A stretch of 64,000 bases of DNA from Chiloscyllium plagiosum (taxonomy: Eukaryota): positions 74,400,933 through 74,464,932 of the forward strand of contig NC_057711.1 of assembly GCF_004010195.1 (NCBI RefSeq). The letters run 5' to 3'. The notes under the pieces are model-generated. The model saw nothing but the letters and a program-made list of their open reading frames with translations. It did not search any database and had not been told where the DNA came from. Numbering within the stretch: position 1 is the first letter of the stretch; the number at the start of each line of letters is the position of its first letter. Shown here one piece after another: positions 39,203-51,384 of this stretch. The position numbers and the translations under genes were made by a program.

Positions 39203-42200
39203 CATAGAATGTGGAACATAGAACTATACAGCACAGGAACAGGTCCTTCGGCCCATGATGTTGTGCTGAACATGGCGCCAAATCAAACTAATCCCTTCTG
39301 CTGCCCTTTTTCCACATCCCTCCATTCCTTGCATAATCATGTGCTTATCTAAAAGTCTCTTAAGCACCCTATTGACTCTGCCTGCACCACCACCCCTGAT
39401 GGTGTGTTCCAAACCCCCACCACTCCCTGTGTAAAAATGTGCCCCTCAAATCTCCTTTGAACTTTCCACCCTCAGCTTAAATGCATGGTCCCCTAGTTTT
39501 AGACATTTCAACTCTGGGAAAAAGATTCTGACCATCAACCCTATCTATGCATCTTATAATTTTATAAACTGTCCTCAAGTGTCTTCTCAGCCTCTGCTGA
39601 TCCAGAGAAAACAACCCAAGTTTTGCTAGCCTCTCCTTCTAGTTTATACCCTCTAATCCAGGCAGCATCCTGGTAAACCTCTTCTGCACCCTCTCCAAAA
39701 CCTCCAGATTCTTTCTGTAATGTGGCAACCAGAATTGAATGCAATACTCTTAGTGTGGCCTAATCAAAGTTTTATAAAGCTGCAACATGATATCTGACTC
39801 TTCTACTCAATTCCTCGACCAATAAAAGTAAACATACTATATACATATTTTACCACCCTATCTACTTGTGTGGTCACTTTCAGGGAGCTATGGACTTGAA
39901 CCCCAAGATCTCTCTGTATATCAATACAGTTCAGGATCCTGCTATTAACTCAATACGTTTCCTTAACATTTGATCTCCCAAAGTGCAGCACCTCACACTT
40001 ACCCAGATTAAACTCCATCTGCCATTTCTCCATCCATAACTGACTTACATCCTGCTGTATCCTTTGACAACTCTCTACACTATCCACAACTCCACCGGTC
40101 TTTGTGCTGTCTACAAAATTACTAACCCATCCATCTATGTTTTCATCCAACTCATTTAAACATATCAAAAACATATACATGAGGTCCCAGTGCATATCCC
40201 TGTGGAACTCTACAAGTCACAGACCTCCAGCCAGAAAAATACCCTTCCACCACTACTGTTTGCCATCTATTGCCAAGCTAATGCTGAATCCATACAACCA
40301 TGTTACCATTGACCCCATGCATCTTAATCTTCTGGATGAACCTACCATGAGGGACCTTGTCAAAAGCCTTACTAAAATCCATGTAGACAACATCCACGAC
40401 TCTACCCTCATCAATCACCTTCATCACTTCCATGAAAAATTCAATCAATTTAATAAAACATGACCTGCCCTGCACAAAGCCATGTTGACTGTCCCTAATT
40501 AGGTTACGCTTTTCCAAATGTGTGTAAATCTTATTCCTAAGAATTCTCTCCAATAGCTTCTCAACCACCTAAGTGAGACTGAATTGTTTATAGTTTCCTG
40601 GATTTTCCCTATTCCCCTTCTTGAAGAGAGAAACAACTTTAGCTACTTGCCAATCCTCCGGGACCTCTCGAAAGGTGAGCAAGCATACAAAGATCTTGGT
40701 GAAGGCCCCAGCCATCTCCTTTCTTGCCTGTCTCAGTAACCTGTGGTAGATACCATCAGACCCTGGGGACCTGTCTACCTTAATGCTCTTCAAAAGACCT
40801 AACACCACTTCTTTCTTGATCTAAAAATGCCTGAGGAGACTAACATGCTCCACACAAATCTCACTGTCCTCCATATCCTTCACCTGGGTGAATATTGATG
40901 CAAAGTACTCATTTAGGATCTCACCCACATCCTCTGCCTCTAAGCACAAGTTCCCTCCTTTATCCCTGAGTGGTCCTGACTTCTCCCTAGTCATTCACTT
41001 GTTTATAATGTATGTATAGAATGCCTTGGGATTCTCTTTATCCCTATTTGACAAAGTGATTTCATGTCCTCCTGTTGCTCTCCTAATTGTCTGCTTAAGT
41101 TCTTTCCTACTTTCTTTATAGTCCTCAGGCCTATGCCCGATTTTACTTTCCTAAACCTTACATATGCTTCTTTTCTCCTTTTGACTAAATTCACTATCTC
41201 CTTATTATCCAAGGGTCCCTTACCTTCCCGTCCTTGACCTTCCTCCTTACTGGAACATTTCGGCCCTGGACTGTACTCAGCAGGTCTTTAAACAATTCCC
41301 CTTTGTCAAATATGGACTTGCCCGATAACAGATCCTTCCAATTAATACCTCCTTTGCTCCTGCATAATACTGACATAATTGAACTTCCCTCAGTTTAGTA
41401 CCTTGCCACAAGTGTGACTTATCCTTATTTATAGCTATCTTAAAACTTAAGGAGTTGTGATTAATGTTTCCAAAATGCTCTCAACTGAAAGGTCAGTCCC
41501 CTGGCCAAGCTCATTAGCCAGTACAAGGTCCAGTAGGGCCCCTCCTCTAGTTGGACTATCCACATACTGTTTCAAGAAATCGTCTTAGATGCACTGAACA
41601 ACTTTTGCCCCTGTCTATGCCTCTTGCTCTAAGGAGGTCCCAGACAATATTGGGGAAGTTAAAGTCACCCTTTATGACAACCCCGTTTTTATTGCATTTT
41701 TCCAAAATTTGCCGACATATTTGTTTCTCAATGTCTCAGTGGCTGTTAGGGAGTCATATAGGAGGGCTCATGCCAGGAATGTCGATTCTCCTGCTCCTTG
41801 GATGCTGCCTGACCTGCTGCGCTTTTCCAGCAACACATTTTCAGCTCTGATCTCCAGCATCTGCAGTCCTCACTTTCTTCTAGTCATGTAGGATAATCCT
41901 ACCAGAGAGATTGAACCCATTTTATTTTTGAGCTCTCCCGATATTGCCTCAGTGGATGAGCTCTCCAGTATGTCCTCTCTTGAGTGCAGATGGGACATTC
42001 TCTGTGATTAGTAATGCAACTCCTCCACTTCTTTTACCTTCCTCTCTATCTCATCTTAAACAACAAAACCCTGGAATGATGAGCTGCAAGCCCTGTCCCT
42101 CTCTCAACCAAATCTCTGGAATGACCACAATATCATAGTCCCATGAACAGATCCAGGTTCTAATCTCTTCTGCCTTACCTATAATACACCTTGCACTGAA

Positions 42201-42250
42201 ATAAGCACACTTCAGATCATTTGTACCATTTTGTTCATATACTTGTCTCT
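39203..42250 (-). mobile_element. CR1 LINE ORF2 (EN-RT-3' end), disabled
   Basis: VDRSPGSDGIY, QHGFVQGRSC, VYMDFSKAFDKVPH, FVDSTK and KWQMEFNLGKCEVLHFG; tail complement at about 39203-39230. Confidence 0.92.
41761..41881 (+). mobile_element. Penelope terminal fragment inserted in the CR1 endonuclease
   Basis: gtcgattctcctgctccttggatgctgcctgacc...cctcactttct is nearly identical to 15021-15122. Confidence 0.85.
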
Positions 42251-43269
42251 GCCTGTCCTTCCTTTCTGACTTATTGGTCCTAACATCTACCTTCCCCTCG
42301 ATCCCTCAATTTGCTGACCTTTTAGACAGCTTTGAACTGATTTAATGCTTAAGTGTTTCCAAAGGTAATGTTAGAGACAAATTCTCTTATTCATTTCATT
42401 AGTTCATGGAAGAGCAACATTTCGCACTTTGTATGAATCAATGTAGCATAAAACTGTGTGAGATGCAAATTATCATCTGATTCCAAATCACCCGAATTTC
42501 TAAACTTTTTTGCACAACTCATTTCCCCCTTTATCCATCTTATTTTCAGTGGTTTGGACATTGCCACCAGCATGCTGGGGAAGGGGCCTAGAAACACATA
42601 GTTTCAGTCTCACATTAAGGCCAGTGCATCTCCCATATTTTGTGGATAGGTGGTTACTCATAGTCAATCCAGGGCATCAGCGAGGGAAGTCTGCTACTCT
42701 GGAAGGTAAGTGTGCACTGCTAATGAAGAGCTGGGCACCACTTTCAGCTTTGAGCATCCTGAAGTAGGGTGGGCAGAGTCTTGTGGTCGGTTTGCTTGAG
42801 CCTCCTCAATGTCGGGTCACTGTGGGGTCAGATCTTGTGCCTGCACTGGTTGGGCCTCTAAAATTGGGCCTTATTGGTCGGAAAATTTTCAAACCTGAAA
42901 GTAGATTTAAGAAAGCAGTGTTTGTAATTCTGATAGACTTAGAATTCAGGTTTAGAAGATGATTATAAGATATGTAAGAATAAGATCCGCTTTGGACAGT
43001 TCACAAAGAGTTGCCATGCTCCAGGTCCATCTTGGTATGTTTGCATTTGGGAGCAAAGGGGGAATGCTTGTGTGTCCTGTATCAACATATTTACAGTCAA
43101 TGAATGATGACTTCAACCAACTCAGTTCCACTGGAAGCAAATGTCAATTAAGCTCTTGTCTCACTTGTTGCCTTCCCATTTCTATTTTATATCATGGTGT
43201 ATATAATGTTCCTCCTGATTTTTCTCCTTGAACTTTTAGAGTTCTTCATTTTACAACAGATCCTCTTTA

Positions 43270-43900
43270 TTCCTGCTCCAGATGCCTGGAGCATAGCATG
43301 CAAGCATTATGTAGCACGTTCTCTTTATAGTGCACTGCAAGGAATCCCCAAACCTATAAAAGCATGGGAACCTTATCTGAAGGATGCTGTCATATGGTCC
43401 TCAATGGCTGCAGTGGAAGATTATATCAGTGCTCAGCCTCAGTCAGGGCATTGAGTAATGGGTTCATCAGCCATGATTTGACTCATAGTAGCCAAACATT
43501 GTAAGGCATACAGAACTTGGAATGAAACCAGAAACTGAGAGTTATTAAGGATAAAAGCATCATGGAATCTTCCAGGATACCAAGCACAGATATATAAGGT
43601 ATGTATGCAATGATCAAAAATGATCATTGACCAGATGGAATCTTTTTCTATTAATGAAGTTAGCCATGTTGTGATATGGCATACTCAACACTATGTGGGT
43701 GCAGTCTATAACCTTTTGTAATGCTCCTGCAAATGACACAGTTCTGTCACAAGGATCCAGGGCATCCTCATTTGGTGATAGGGCAGTGTATTATTCACCT
43801 GAAGGAAATTCCATTGAAGAGGAAAGAACGCGGGCCTCCTATATTTTCTCATCCTGAGGAGACCTTTTGTTACGAAGTCTGCATTTTCAGCCTGAACCAC
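43270..43900 (-). pseudogene. PIF/Harbinger DDE transposase remnant
   Basis: Minus strand: LVTELCHL, IDCTHIV...FINRKRFH, ICAWYPGRFHDAFILNNSQ, WLMNPLLNALTEAEH*YN and ILQIRFPCFYRFGDSLQ. Frameshifts and deletions present. Confidence 0.85.
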
Positions 43901-45030
43901 ATCCCTTGCGATTTGCTGCTGGTCCTGAACTTCCACATGTATGTGTTCACCATCAACCCCTGTGCCCACCCGTCATGCCGTTACTGCATAGACAATAGCA
44001 GATTGTAGATTTGAACCCCCTTCAGTGACAGTTCTAATGAATCTATGTAGGGAATATCAGAAACAAAGCAGCTCCTTAGGACTTTATCATTTGAGTCCCA
44101 GGCCTACAAGTTGGTTATGGAAAATATCCTGATACCCTCAATTGAAGGATGGTGGTGACTGTAAATGATTCTTATTCTGCCAGAACCCTCCCATGCCCTA
44201 TCATCTCCCACACTTTATTTTGAGATACTCTTTTCACAGTTACAGTTCTGTCTGCATCCCAAACTTGCTGCTTCTATTCTCCATATTTGACTTGCTCAAT
44301 TTCCCCAAAATGGCACTCTCAAAACCCCTTTTCACTTTCACTGACCTTTTTGACTGACTCGAAATAAGGTCATCAAGAAAGCTTAAGAACAGAAATGCCA
44401 TGGTAGCACTATTAAATAATTACAAAATTCTTTGGGACCTAGGTATGAGTGGACACAAACTCTCTGGGTTTCATGTATATTTGCCGACAAAGGCCAAGTC
44501 CACCTGAATAAAATGTAAACCATCCATTTTATTCATGGAACTGCAGGTATAACTGCATGGGCATACCAGAAGTGGCAACTGGTCAGTAGGTGGGCGCAAG
44601 AGAACTTTCTTAGATGAAAGGACTGGATAGCTTTCTGGACCTAACTGTCAGAAGAGTAATGAAAATAGAAATGATAAGTACAGCTGATCCAACACTGCCC
44701 ATTTTGTGATCTCTACTAATGTTGAAACTCAGTGCATAAATTATTTTTAAAACTTGATTTCCTGGGATCAGGAAATGTCATTTATAGAAACCAATCCATT
44801 GGGACTAGATGTAGATGAATGGATAGATAAGTAATCTGGATAGCTAGGCTCATGCTTTACATTTTGAGCTTTGATTGCTAAGTATTTGAGATGCTGATGG
44901 ATTCCAATGGCCTTTCCTCACTCTGTCAATCTGTCCAGCAGCTGAAGGGGTTGAAGACCTCAAAGGTACAGAGTGTCTACTAATGTAGGAGTCCACGATG
45001 TTCAAGGTGACACATTGTGTTGGGTACAAG

Positions 45031-46313
45031 TGTAGGGTTTCGGGTTTGCTATCAGTAATTTGCTGATTTTCTGGTGGTTCGACTCGCCCTCAGATTCCTG
45101 GTTCTGACACTGGACTTACTTAGGGAAGGTAAAATGAAGTAGACAGGTCGAGTGTATATAGTTTGTGTAGTGTGTGTGAGAACTATGTTCTGTGGGGGGG
45201 GGTTGGCACCTTTGATGGGGTTGTACCTTGTTTTGCTATGAAAAGAGAAATGTGTGTAACATGTTTTTAAATTTTGAATCTAATGCTCTCTTGTGGACTG
45301 TACCTGTCTGTTTTGATCTTCCCTGATCCTGCCTTGTGTTTTCCTTTCAGGGGACAATGCATTGTGTCTAAGCGAGGAGATAAGTGTTTGAGTTGAGGTA
45401 ATTTGGGGAGTCACCTTTAGGGTCTCGACGATTTTTGCTCACCCAGAATGATACTCTAGGATATAGAATAACGAGTATATGTAAAATTGAGCAAAAAATC
45501 TTTATATTCTGAAACACTGGACTGAAATCCTGGATGTTTCAAATAACTTTTAAAAGTAAATGAGCAAGGCAGGCAGCTGGGCTTTGCTCTGGGAAAATAC
45601 ACAAGACACAAAGATAGCTGCATGGAACCATTATTCAGCAGCTTTGCAACCAAGAACAACAGGGTATCAGGATATTTTCCATAACCAACTTGTAGGCCTG
45701 GGACTCAAATGATAAAGTCCTAAGGAGGCCGAACTGGGAAGTTTGTTGGGAAGACAAACCAAGAACATCAATGCAACAAAGGACACCCGAGAGGGTAAGA
45801 AGCCAACCAAGCACTATCCGAACAAGGGCTTCCAGACATGGGCCTGTTCCAAGCCAAAAGAACCGACAGCAACGGGACACACTTTACAACTGTATTTTCT
45901 CCAGTGGTGAGCTGAAACTCCCAAGAACCCAAAATTTCCAACCGAGCTAGCAGGGAGGGGAAAGTGGATGGTAACAGTGCAGGGACCCCAAGGGTAGGAA
46001 GCCTGGAGAAAGTGTCTGTCATTAAAACTGCTGTTCAACTTTGGATAGTGTTTTGACCTCTGTTTAATTGGATAGTGTATCCAATTTATTGTCCTCTGTA
46101 CAATTCTGTCAATTTCACTGTTTTATTTAATTTGCCTTTTTATTTCTAGTATTATACTAATTTTTGTGTAGTTAAATAAACACAGAGCTTCTTTTGTCCT
46201 GAAACACCTGTCTACTGCCTTCTTCTATTCACAAGTCCAATATCAGAACCAAGGGGGCGATTCAAACCACCTGAAAATCAAAAACTTACTGGTGGCAGAC
46301 CAGAAACCCTACA
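45031..46313. mobile_element. TGT...ACA unit with about 90-bp imperfect terminal inverted repeats; right arm (45480-46313) is solo-LTR-like
   Basis: 45031-45118 is approximately the reverse complement of 46232-46313. Flanks caag/caaa. The right arm is homologous to 24674-26074. Confidence 0.65.
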
Positions 46314-46519
46314 CAAATATCGTGTATTGTTAGTTATTTAAGGTCTTTGGCTTATGAAATGACTCGAGTGCAAACATGTGCCCTTAAAGAGCACTGTTAA
46401 TATTGAGCACTAAGCACATGATGGTTAAAAAAATGACTGTACATAAATGTTGTTAAGATCTATGGTGTTTAAGAAAAGCTTACAGTTCTATAAATTCTCT
46501 TTTTTCATTTTCAAAGGGT

Positions 46520-47125
46520 ATTATGAAGGGTAACATGAGCAACAGTAATCTTGCTCAGCCTGGCAGTAAGAATAGAAAAGCAGTATATTATTTAAGTGGT
46601 GAGAAATTGTAGTTGTGAGGTATTTGCATGAACATATAATTTATTTGAAATATGTAAGGTTCATGTACAGGCACATAATTGAGTATGAAGGCAAATAGAG
46701 TGTTGGCATCAATTGCAGTGGGAATGAAATATAAAAGTAGCGATGTTTTGCTACAGTTGTCCAGGCATTGGTCAGTTCCCATCTGGAGTATTGTATGCAG
46801 TTTTAGTCTCCTTATTTATGAAAGACTATAAAAGTGTCAGAAGCAGTTGTCAGAAAAAAAGTTGTCTTGATTGATACTTTGGAATAGGTGTGTATGATTC
46901 TAGGACAGTCTCCCTTGGAGTTTAGGGACACAGTTTAAAAATAAAAGGTACGAAGAAAACTTTCTTTTCCCACAGAGGGTCATAGGTCTTTCGAACTCTC
47001 TTCCCTGCAAAGCAATGGAGATAACCTTTAATTATGAAGATAGATTCATGACTAACTATGGAGTCAGACATTATTGAGATTAGTGTGAATGTGGCGTTGC
47101 GGCCACAATCAGATCCACCATGATG
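46520..47125 (+). mobile_element. Old CR1 3' part
   Basis: catctggagtattgtatgcagttttagtctccttattt (HLEYC.QF.SPYL) plus a decayed 3' end. Confidence 0.7.
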
Positions 47126-48894
47126 TTTTTCTGGACTCTTGCCCGTAGTTTGTATGCTCATAAGTCAAGGGAAACTTCAAAAACTGGTATGCTTTGTTGG
47201 CTTTCCCTTTCCTTTGGCAGAAGTCTACCCTTCAATTAAAAAATCTCTGGTTGTATCAGTTCCATTGAGTCCACAAATCAAGATGCCTTTTTAGTTTGGA
47301 GGTTATAGCCGACAGGATGGTGAGCAAACTTCTCCAGCTGCCTTTGCTTGATAACCTGACCCACAGGACATTGTGGCATGTGATCTTTTATGGAAAGGCC
47401 AGATGTGAGCACACTCTTAAAAGTTATGGTCTTGCAATGTGAGGCAAAGCCAATTATGTGGGCAGAGATTTGCAAAATATCTGAGAACCAGTAACACAAG
47501 AAATGTATTACTGGCCTCCAGAGCACAATCAGAAGTAAGAAAGGATTTGTATTTATAAAGCACTTTTCTGATTTTCAGCAATTACCAAACTATTCGAGAG
47601 TGGATGGACACTTTCCACTCATTTTATGTGAATTGTCAAATGAACATTATTTTCAGCACAGCATGATTCTAGTGTCTGTATCTTTTAAGAAGACACTTTA
47701 AGCCTAGCATCAGAATTATGAAATTCTGAAAAGTGGTAGCTGTCAGATTTTGGATCCTTTGATGATGAAGAGAATGACAGCTTATGTATTCAAGATGAAC
47801 AGTTCATGGATTGTGATGGATCATTATGGTACAATATTTGTCTTTCAAAAATGAGAAATTCTCTTGGAAGAACCTACCATATCTGCCAATTTTCTTTTAT
47901 TTGGACTTCTAAACTCTCTGTAGCAGCCAAAGCTAACAGTATTTGAACCAAGAAATTCAGACCACATGGATCCATCTACTTTAAAGAAGACATTCCACGA
48001 TGCATTAGACAAGTCTGTTCATTTCAGCAGTATAGTCAGTTTTATCAGTGTCCATTTGATCCACTGCAAGTAAATTTTAACATTTCTTTTTGACAAAATA
48101 AACATGCTGTCATAAGATAAACCTTTATTTTTCAGTCTCTTATCTTTTTTTATTCTACAATATTTATTGAACAGATTAACACAAAAAAGAAAAAGAAAGG
48201 TTAAAAGTCTTAGTTTGTAGAACAGATTAATCATGCAATGGGAAATGAAGCCTTTTCTCTCTGCAGTAATGGAAATGCAAGACCATCTGTTTCTATTATT
48301 CTACTTGTTAAATGTCATAAGGTTTTTATGATATATTGATATTAATCATGGATTCTCATCATTCTGTGCAATGTGTAGTGAAAGACATTTCGAAACTCCA
48401 GCCAAAAGATTTATTTTCTTTTCTTTAGCGGTAGTTTCTAACTTGGAAATGTTTTTTTGAATTACTGCATGCTTAATTTGTAAAGATGGAGTTATGTGAC
48501 CTGTAATTTTAATACAGTTTTGATGTGTATATTATGGTTGTGTTTTCAAATAATTATAAAACACTTGGGATCTAATTTCAACCTTTAGTCATTAATGCTG
48601 TCATAAAAATAGATCAATTATTATTGATAACTTTACTGATGTGAGAGAGTACAGCAGACTCAGTGATCATTGCATGGTTAAAGCCATAAGAGCTACACTA
48701 ATTGTTAATAATGGTATTAAAAGCCATTACAAACTGGACTTTTTCCAACATTGTAAAACTTATTTTGCTTCTAAGATGTGGGTAATGTTGGCAAGGCTAC
48801 ATTTATTTCATATTTTATTTAGTTATCCATTGGTAGATTCAAAAGGATTCATGCCTGAATTCATGATAAGTGCATTTGAAGTTTAGGCCTTTTT

Positions 48895-49225
48895 ATTTAT
48901 TCATAGGATGTTGGGCCAGCATTTATTGCCCATTCTTACATGACCATTGAAGGCCATTTCAGAGGACAGTTAAGAGTCAAACCATTACTATGGGTTTGGA
49001 GTCGCATGGAGACCAGACCAGGTAAAGATGGGAGATTTTCTTTTTAAAGGGCATCAGTGAACCAGTTACAAGGCCAGTTACGTGGTTACCATTAGACTAG
49101 ATTTTAATCCAGATTTTTAAAAAAGAATGCAAATGTCACCACCTGCTATAATGAGATTCAGACACATGTCCCCACAGCATTAGCTTGGGGGTCTGTATTA
49201 CTCGGCCAGTGACATTTCTTGTATA
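48895..49225 (-). mobile_element. tRNA-derived SINE, paralog of 15860-16203
   Basis: Shared blocks ccagcatttattgcc, cagttaagagtcaa, ggagtc.catg.ag.cca and agtgaacca. Confidence 0.78.
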
Positions 49226-49494
49226 CCCTCCCAGCCATAGCAGACACTTCAGTATTATATGGAGGGTAGGTGATGCTGCCTTTCAAAATAGCATTGGCCA
49301 ATTTGTGAAATGCAGTATTGGATAGTTTTGGATATTGGATATATTTGGATAGTTAATTGTGGATTATAGCTGGTAAAGTCCCTGAGTACGAGTGATGGTG
49401 AAGGTGGCGGTTTATTCAAGTGGTAGGGTGCTAAACAACCAAAATGCTTTGTCCTGGATGGTTCCAAATTTCTTGACTGTTACAATACACTCCC

Positions 49495-49712
49495 AGGAGA
49501 AAGTGAGGACTGCAGATGCTGGAGATCAGAGCTGAAAATGTGTTGCTGGAAAAGCGCAGCAGGTCAGGCAGCATCCAGGGAACAGGAGAATCGACGTTTC
49601 GGGCATAAGCCCTTCAGAATTCCTGAAGAAGGGCTTATGCCCAAAACGTCGATTCTCCTGTTCCCTGGATGCTGCCTGACCTGCTGCTCTTTTCCAGCAA
49701 CACATTTTCAGC
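49495..49712. mobile_element. Young Penelope-terminus fold-back element with a 13-16 bp TSD
   Basis: 85-bp arms 49531-49615 and 49628-49712 with 2 mismatches. acaatacactcccagg occurs at 49482-49497 and 49713-49728. Confidence 0.92.
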
Positions 49713-50038
49713 ACAATACACTCCCAGGTAAGCTGCTACGTGGTGTAGCCTCTGCTTCCATTAGTGCATTTGTGTCTTATGTGGCGATGTTTATGTAAAC
49801 TATCATAAAGCAAGAGCTAGACATAGGGAATGAGGAGCTGAACAGACATTTATTACAGCTCTTGATGTGTTTATATGTTATAGTCCCAGGCATTTCAGTG
49901 TCTGATCTATTACAAAGCTATTCAGTCACAAATAATTTCATGCTTTCATCAACATGCCATGCTTCAGGTGGCTGTAGGTAAGATGGAGTCTTATACCATT
50001 TTAATCTCAGTACACACGTTATGCTGTGGTGATTATAT

Positions 50039-50245
50039 GTCGAAAAGTGTGGTGCTGGAAAAGCACGGCAGATCAGGCAGCATCCGAGGAGCAGGAGAGT
50101 CGACGCTTTAGGTATAAGCCGTTCAATCCTTATGAAGAACTTAAGCTCGAAACGTTGTTTCTCCTGCTCCTTGGATGCTGCCTGACCTGCTGTGCTTTTC
50201 CACCATGACTCTGATCTCCAACATCTGCAATCCTCACTTTCTCCT
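50039..50245. mobile_element. Penelope-terminus fold-back element (older)
   Basis: Inverted arms centred at about 50125. Flanks gtggtgattatat / gtaatgattgtat. Confidence 0.85.
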
Positions 50246-51089
50246 GTAATGATTGTATTATGAGCTGTCTCTTAAAGGCATGCTACATCGGATGATCAAG
50301 TGTCATTGAAGGAGCAAGAACCAAAATGTCCATTACACAAAACTCAGTTCCTACTACAACCTTGGAATCATGATGTTGATATAAACTAATCTATAAAGTT
50401 TCTGGTGAAAGGTAGCCTCCATTATTTGATGCTGGGGTAGTCAACAATGATAGTGCAGTTGAAAGTCATGGAGAAATTGCCTGATACTTTCATGGTAAAT
50501 ACATTTACTGCCCTGACAAACTGCAACGTAAACTGAGATTTATGTGTATAATTTTAACATTAGTTGCTCTAAGCTTGTACATTTAGACTCGTGAATTTTT
50601 CTATGCATCTGAAGTTAAATATTAACTTTTAAACATTTCGGTAATCATGTTGATTTATTTAAAAACAGTGATTGAACCCTGGCTATAATATGAATAGATT
50701 TGTGTACAAATGGACTTGGGCTTATTTTAGATTGTTTGCAATCCAGCATAGTAAATAAAGTCTCCTCAAAACCTTTGTTAGAGAGTTCTGGTATCTGATT
50801 TTTTTTAAGCTTAAGGAAAATATCCTGAGCTGAGAGAGTGAAATATTTAGTTTTGCTTTTGACTTTGAGTGGGTTCGTCTTGGAACAGGATGGCTGTGTA
50901 GAACAGTGGTCTTGAGAAGGGAATGATAGATTTAGTGAATTGGATTACCTTGGAGTAAAAGGTTAGTGCTAGTTTCAGTCCTGATATATTGAGATAGAAG
51001 CGCGGAAGTCTTTTTTTAAGCCGAGTAGATTGAAGCTTAAATGAATGTTAGTCAATAGGTCGGTGCTTCCCATGCTCATACATTTCATC

Positions 51090-51380
51090 ATGTATTCCTT
51101 TGCCATGTAGTCTAGCCCAAGTGCATCACCTCACACTTATCAGGATTGAATTCCATTACCCACTGATCAGCCCCCCTGACAAGTTCATCTATTTACTCTC
51201 GTAATCTAAAAACTTCACTAATTAACACTCCACCATTTTTTGTAATATCTGCGAACTTACCGATCAACTCTCCTCTATTCAAGTCTAAATAATATATGTA
51301 AATCACAACAGCAATGGCCCCAACACTGACCCTGATTGGATCCCAATGGATACAAATGGACAGTCAGAAAAACAGGGTCA
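51090..51380 (-). mobile_element. CR1 RT fragment
   Basis: Reverse complement of P.GSVLGP...DLN...KFADI and KCEVMHLG. Confidence 0.7.
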
Positions 51381-51384
51381 GTCA

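Noticed and set aside
47745..47946. Acidic open frame DFGSFDDEENDSLCIQDEQF...
   Set aside because: No good acceptor tract and no recognisable homology; compatible with chance.
49526..49798. Near-identical ORFs on opposite strands (also 11945-12277 and 2760-3192)
   Set aside because: A consequence of the palindromic PLE structure, not genes.
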